DNA of 64,000 nucleotides from Amphiscolops sp. MND2022. Its lineage: Eukaryota. The translations under genes were made by a program, and so were the position numbers. This document shows, in pieces, positions 60,813-64,000 of this stretch (the stretch's first letter is position 1; each line of letters starts with the position of its first letter). The notes beneath the pieces were generated by a model. It saw only the letters and a list, made by a program, of their open reading frames with translations, was not told the origin of the DNA and searched no databases. Location of the stretch: contig OZ076409.1 of NCBI GenBank assembly GCA_964187785.1, positions 24,738,001-24,802,000 of the forward strand. The letters run 5' to 3'.

Positions 60813-62242
60813 GGGCGGTAAATGGTCACTTGGTTTAATGCCATTTGGCTCAAAGTCATTTATCTTAATACAATTGGTCACTTGGCTTAATTTTTAAAGC
60901 TAAGTGTCTCGGGTATTGGTCACTTGGCTTAAAGTAATTTGACTTAAAGCCACTTTAGTTGAAAACACGTGGCAGATTTTGTCGAATTTATCTTTATAAC
61001 GTAGTCAGCGTATTATTATAACATGTCATATCAAGTACCACCGAAGTGCACTGCGGCCCCTTGGGGCCTCTTATATTCCCATCTTGCTAAGCGAGGTCGA
61101 ACAGGAGCAAAGACCTAGTGGGAACGAAGATCGCGAAGCGATCGTAGTGGGAGCTGGTCTTTGCGACGGTGAAGGCGAGCGTGCATACACCGCATATGCC
61201 CCACATTATGATTCTTCCGGGAGTTGACATATTTATTCCTTGAGTTGGAATGGAGTTGGCTTAATTTTGTGGTCACGGCTTAAAATTTTTAATCCAAATG
61301 ACTGGACGAAAAAATTAAGCCAAATGGTTTTAAGCTATAACAACCGGGTACAAGACATATTGCTTAATTTCAAATTGCTTGATGCCATATTGCTTAATTT
61401 TGTGGACATATTGCTTAATATTTTTTAGGCAATATGGATAATGCCATATTGCTTAACTTTGTGGACATATTGCTTGATAATTTTTAGGCAATATGGATGT
61501 GTTTTCACATTGAGTAATGAGTGATGAGTCGAGTAATGCGTCGGCTCTAAGTGACACTTATAACACGTGCCTCGGATATGTCCCCATTTCATCTAGTGGC
61601 CCGCGGCCCCTTGGGGCCGCTTATATTCCCATATTGCTAAGCGAGGTCGAACAGGAGCAAAGACCTAGCGGGAACGGAGATCGCGAAGCGATTGTAGTGG
61701 GAGCTGGTCTTTGCGGCGGTGAGGGCGAGCGTGCATACATCGCATATGCCCCACATTATATTTTCGCTTTCAGAACACATATTAGATCATAAAGGCGTTA
61801 GACCTAAGTATTTTAGATAAAATTAGATCTGAAAGTTAGACCTACCGTTAAATCTAATTCCATACGACACATATCATACTCAGAACACATATTAGATCAT
61901 AAGACCTATTAGATCATAATAGACCTAAGGTCCATATTGTACTGTACTAGGTCCATATTGCTTAAAATGATGTCCATATTGCTTAAAAAATTTTAAGCAA
62001 TTCGTACATGGTCGATTTTTAAGCAATATGGCATTAAGCAATTTGACTTGAAGCCATAACAACCCAAGCTCGGCATGATTGTGAGAAAATAGCCATTACA
62101 GGACTCGAACCTGCATCTCAAGACAGATCTAGCTGGCAGTCAAGCGCCCTTACTCTTAGACCAAATGGCTTATTTAATCTCACCAATCATTCGAGTTATC
62201 ACTAACAACGCCGTTGTTATAAAGCCAAGTGACTGGTAACCC
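60813..62242. mobile_element. ~1.43-kb foldback-type non-autonomous element (GGG...CCC ends, TTT flanks), possibly PIF/Harbinger-like
   Basis: Splits a CRE fragment at CAGGGTTCTTT|TTTAGGCG. GGTCACTTGGCTTAA repeats at the left end have their complement AAGCCAAGTGAC at the right end; CATATTGCTTAA repeats lie inside. Confidence 0.45.
62090..62170 (-). tRNA. tRNA-like gene or pseudogene with a long variable arm and a GCC triplet in the anticodon loop
   Basis: AGCCATT/AATGGCT acceptor stem, A-box TGGTCTAAGAG, B-box GGTTCGAGTCC, T-stem GCAGG/CCTGT, V-arm TCT-GTCTTG-AGA, discriminator A followed by TTTT. The anticodon stem has one mismatch and appears one nucleotide short. Confidence 0.55.
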
Positions 62243-63059
62243 TTTAGGCGAGAGTAGTGAAATTTTCATCACGCGTCTCTGTAAAATGCTGCCTTTCGCA
62301 CGACGATCAACGAGCTCGTAGCTTTTTGAAGGAACGGATCTCAATGGCTTTTCAGATCGGGAATCCTACGTGTGTTCTAGGAACTGTGAGCGACAGATGC
62401 GTTTGAAGTAATTTCTTATATTTTCTGTGTTTCATTAAGAAATATATGTCTTCTTTGCTTCGTAATCGTTACCATTTCACATGCCTCTTTGAGTTTCTGA
62501 ATTGAGATTTCTCCTGGGTCCATTGAACTCTCTGGTTGCATGATCCTTTCCTTATTTTCTTTTATGTTTCCTATGTTGGTTGGATTTTTTTGTCTGCCGC
62601 CCGGGCTGGGGGCACATGATAAATACAGAAGCGTTTTTAAGAAACGCTGATTGATGACGACGATCCAATTCTGATTGAGAGGATTTATTACATAGAGTCA
62701 TTTTTTGAAAGCCTGTATCATAAAACTTGTTTCTACCAGTCGACTGGGATAGTGGCTGGTATGAGTAGTTGGTTGATTGTTTTTGTTGTTACTGGTATAG
62801 CGGTTGGTATGGGGTTTCCTTTCGTTGCAAACCACGGGTGTGTGTCTTCTCCCCCCAACATGATGACACACATGGAATTTGATTGATGACGAAGATCCAT
62901 GATATCTGATAATTGGCAAAAAATTGAAAAGTTTTTTGAAATGAATCCAATTGAATATTTGATTTTTTTCACGTTCTGAATCAGTTCCTAGTGTTATTGG
63001 TTCTTCGTGATTGCGATTTAATGGCGATAGGTTGCATAATTAGTCTTTTTTAGGCGACT

Positions 63060-63250
63060 GTACGCAAGAGCGTCGACAACCGTGACATCCCACCGCAGTT
63101 TTCACCCGTTTCTCAGGAAACTTGAGAAACCTTGGATTTTGCCATCAGTTCTGTTTAGTCCAAGGGGTCAAAGAATTGAAGGCCTGTCGAGAGTTTCCAA
63201 TGTATGCTTGATTAGACAGTTTAAATAAGCATGACGCGAGAAACTGCCAC
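63060..63250 (-). mobile_element. CRE-clade RLE fragment
   Basis: Homologous to the RHA.LN.LIK..L and WDVTVVDALA coding region of the left CRE copy. Confidence 0.7.
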
Positions 63251-63404
63251 CAAGTCTGTTTGACCTTTTTTTCACAGTGACGGTACACATGCGTGGACCG
63301 AAACTAGAAACGATCGAAATTCGTAGCTACGAAATGCCACTTTTTGTCTTCAATTCATACAAAATACATTTTGAATTTGACTAATGCATCGTTTTTTTTT
63401 CAGG

Positions 63405-63798
63405 ATGGCATGTAAGTCGAAAATTGACATTATTTTGGTCAAAGGCGAAGAAAGTCACCTGCAGTTGTTCCAATTTCCATGCTCAAGTAAAGACAGCGTG
63501 TTCAACAATGCGAATGCTATGGCAAAAACAAAGATATCCCAAAACAAGTATGAATTCGATGTTCCTCTGGATACAAAAAGTGCTAATTATTCCAAAGGTG
63601 TGTTTAATTGCTCTACTTGAATTTTATTTGCAACTCCAGGCTGATCAGAGTCCTTGAACAACATAGGTCGAGCTGCTGCTTTATCTGGAGAAGAACACAG
63701 TCATTTGAAGGCAATGAAGCTGGTTTCAAAACCTCTAGACTACCAACAACAGTTTTGCGTCGGAGTTTTCAAAGAAGGAAAATTGTTTATCACACCAG
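63405..63798 (+). CDS. POLR3E: RNA polymerase III subunit RPC5/Rpc37 (Sin-like), first two coding exons; gene runs past the window end
   Basis: Exons 63405-63597 and 63649-63798 (phase 1, 51-bp GT-AG intron). The peptide KIDIILVK..HLQLFQFP..AKTKISQNKYEFDVPLDTKSANYSK and FCVGVFKEGKLFITP aligns by eye with RPC5 EIDVYLAK..KLYLFQYP..AKIKP...ELEMAIDT.NPNY and YAAALYRQGELHLTP. Confidence 0.8.
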
Positions 63799-64000
63799 GT
63801 AGACGAGAATGGTTTTTTATTCTCTGGTAATTTTAGTAAAATTATTTTCTCCAAATATTTTCTATTTTCATACCCCTGTCCTTCCTTATTCGACGCTGAA
63901 TAACGTAAATCAGTCCTATTCCCCATAGTACATATGGGGAAAAATCTGTCACGCTTTTCCCCAAATTTTTATCTCGCTTATTTTGTCTTTGAGAAATAAA

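Larger units (their letters stand above)
60625..62911 (+). mobile_element. CRE-clade 3' fragment (RLE end plus 3' UTR), interrupted by insertions
   Basis: TTATEAEAHKIEK-like and GHIFQPVA sequence at 60625-60812; resumes at 62243 (DQRA.SFLKERISMAFQIGN..CVLGTVSDR); 3' UTR at 62730-62911 matches 28957-29140. Confidence 0.8.

Noticed and set aside
63640-63648. Upstream acceptor (CTCCAG|G) for POLR3E exon 2
   Set aside because: It gives an immediate TGA in phase 1. The acceptor at 63648 restores the RPC5-like frame.

Overview
AT-rich animal (invertebrate-type) genomic DNA with spliceosomal introns; no prokaryotic features. From left to right: (1) 1-8840 is a ~740-bp tandem array (12 units plus a partial one). 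Each unit joins a Helentron/HINE-like non-autonomous element to ~420 bp of flanking host DNA. (2) 10608-28767 (minus) is a CLEC16A/gop-1/Ema orthologue. I traced 17 coding exons with consistent splice phases (~1062 codons, one GC-AG intron); its introns carry HINE-like elements and a pogo/Tigger derivative. (3) About 28.96-63.25 kb is a transposon-packed intergenic block. It holds a CRE-clade (RLE-type) non-LTR retrotransposon with an N-terminal PHD finger, which hosts a nested Ty1/copia element, a CR1/L2-like LINE and 9-bp-TSD MITEs. It also holds a Penelope remnant, an inverted LINE duplication, a 3.9-kb tandem triplication, a recurring ~195-bp hairpin cassette and a tRNA-like gene. (4) From 63405 (plus), the first two coding exons of a probable POLR3E/RPC5 gene lie head-to-head with CLEC16A. 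Family assignments come from motif recognition by eye, not database searches. TE boundaries without a TSD are approximate.
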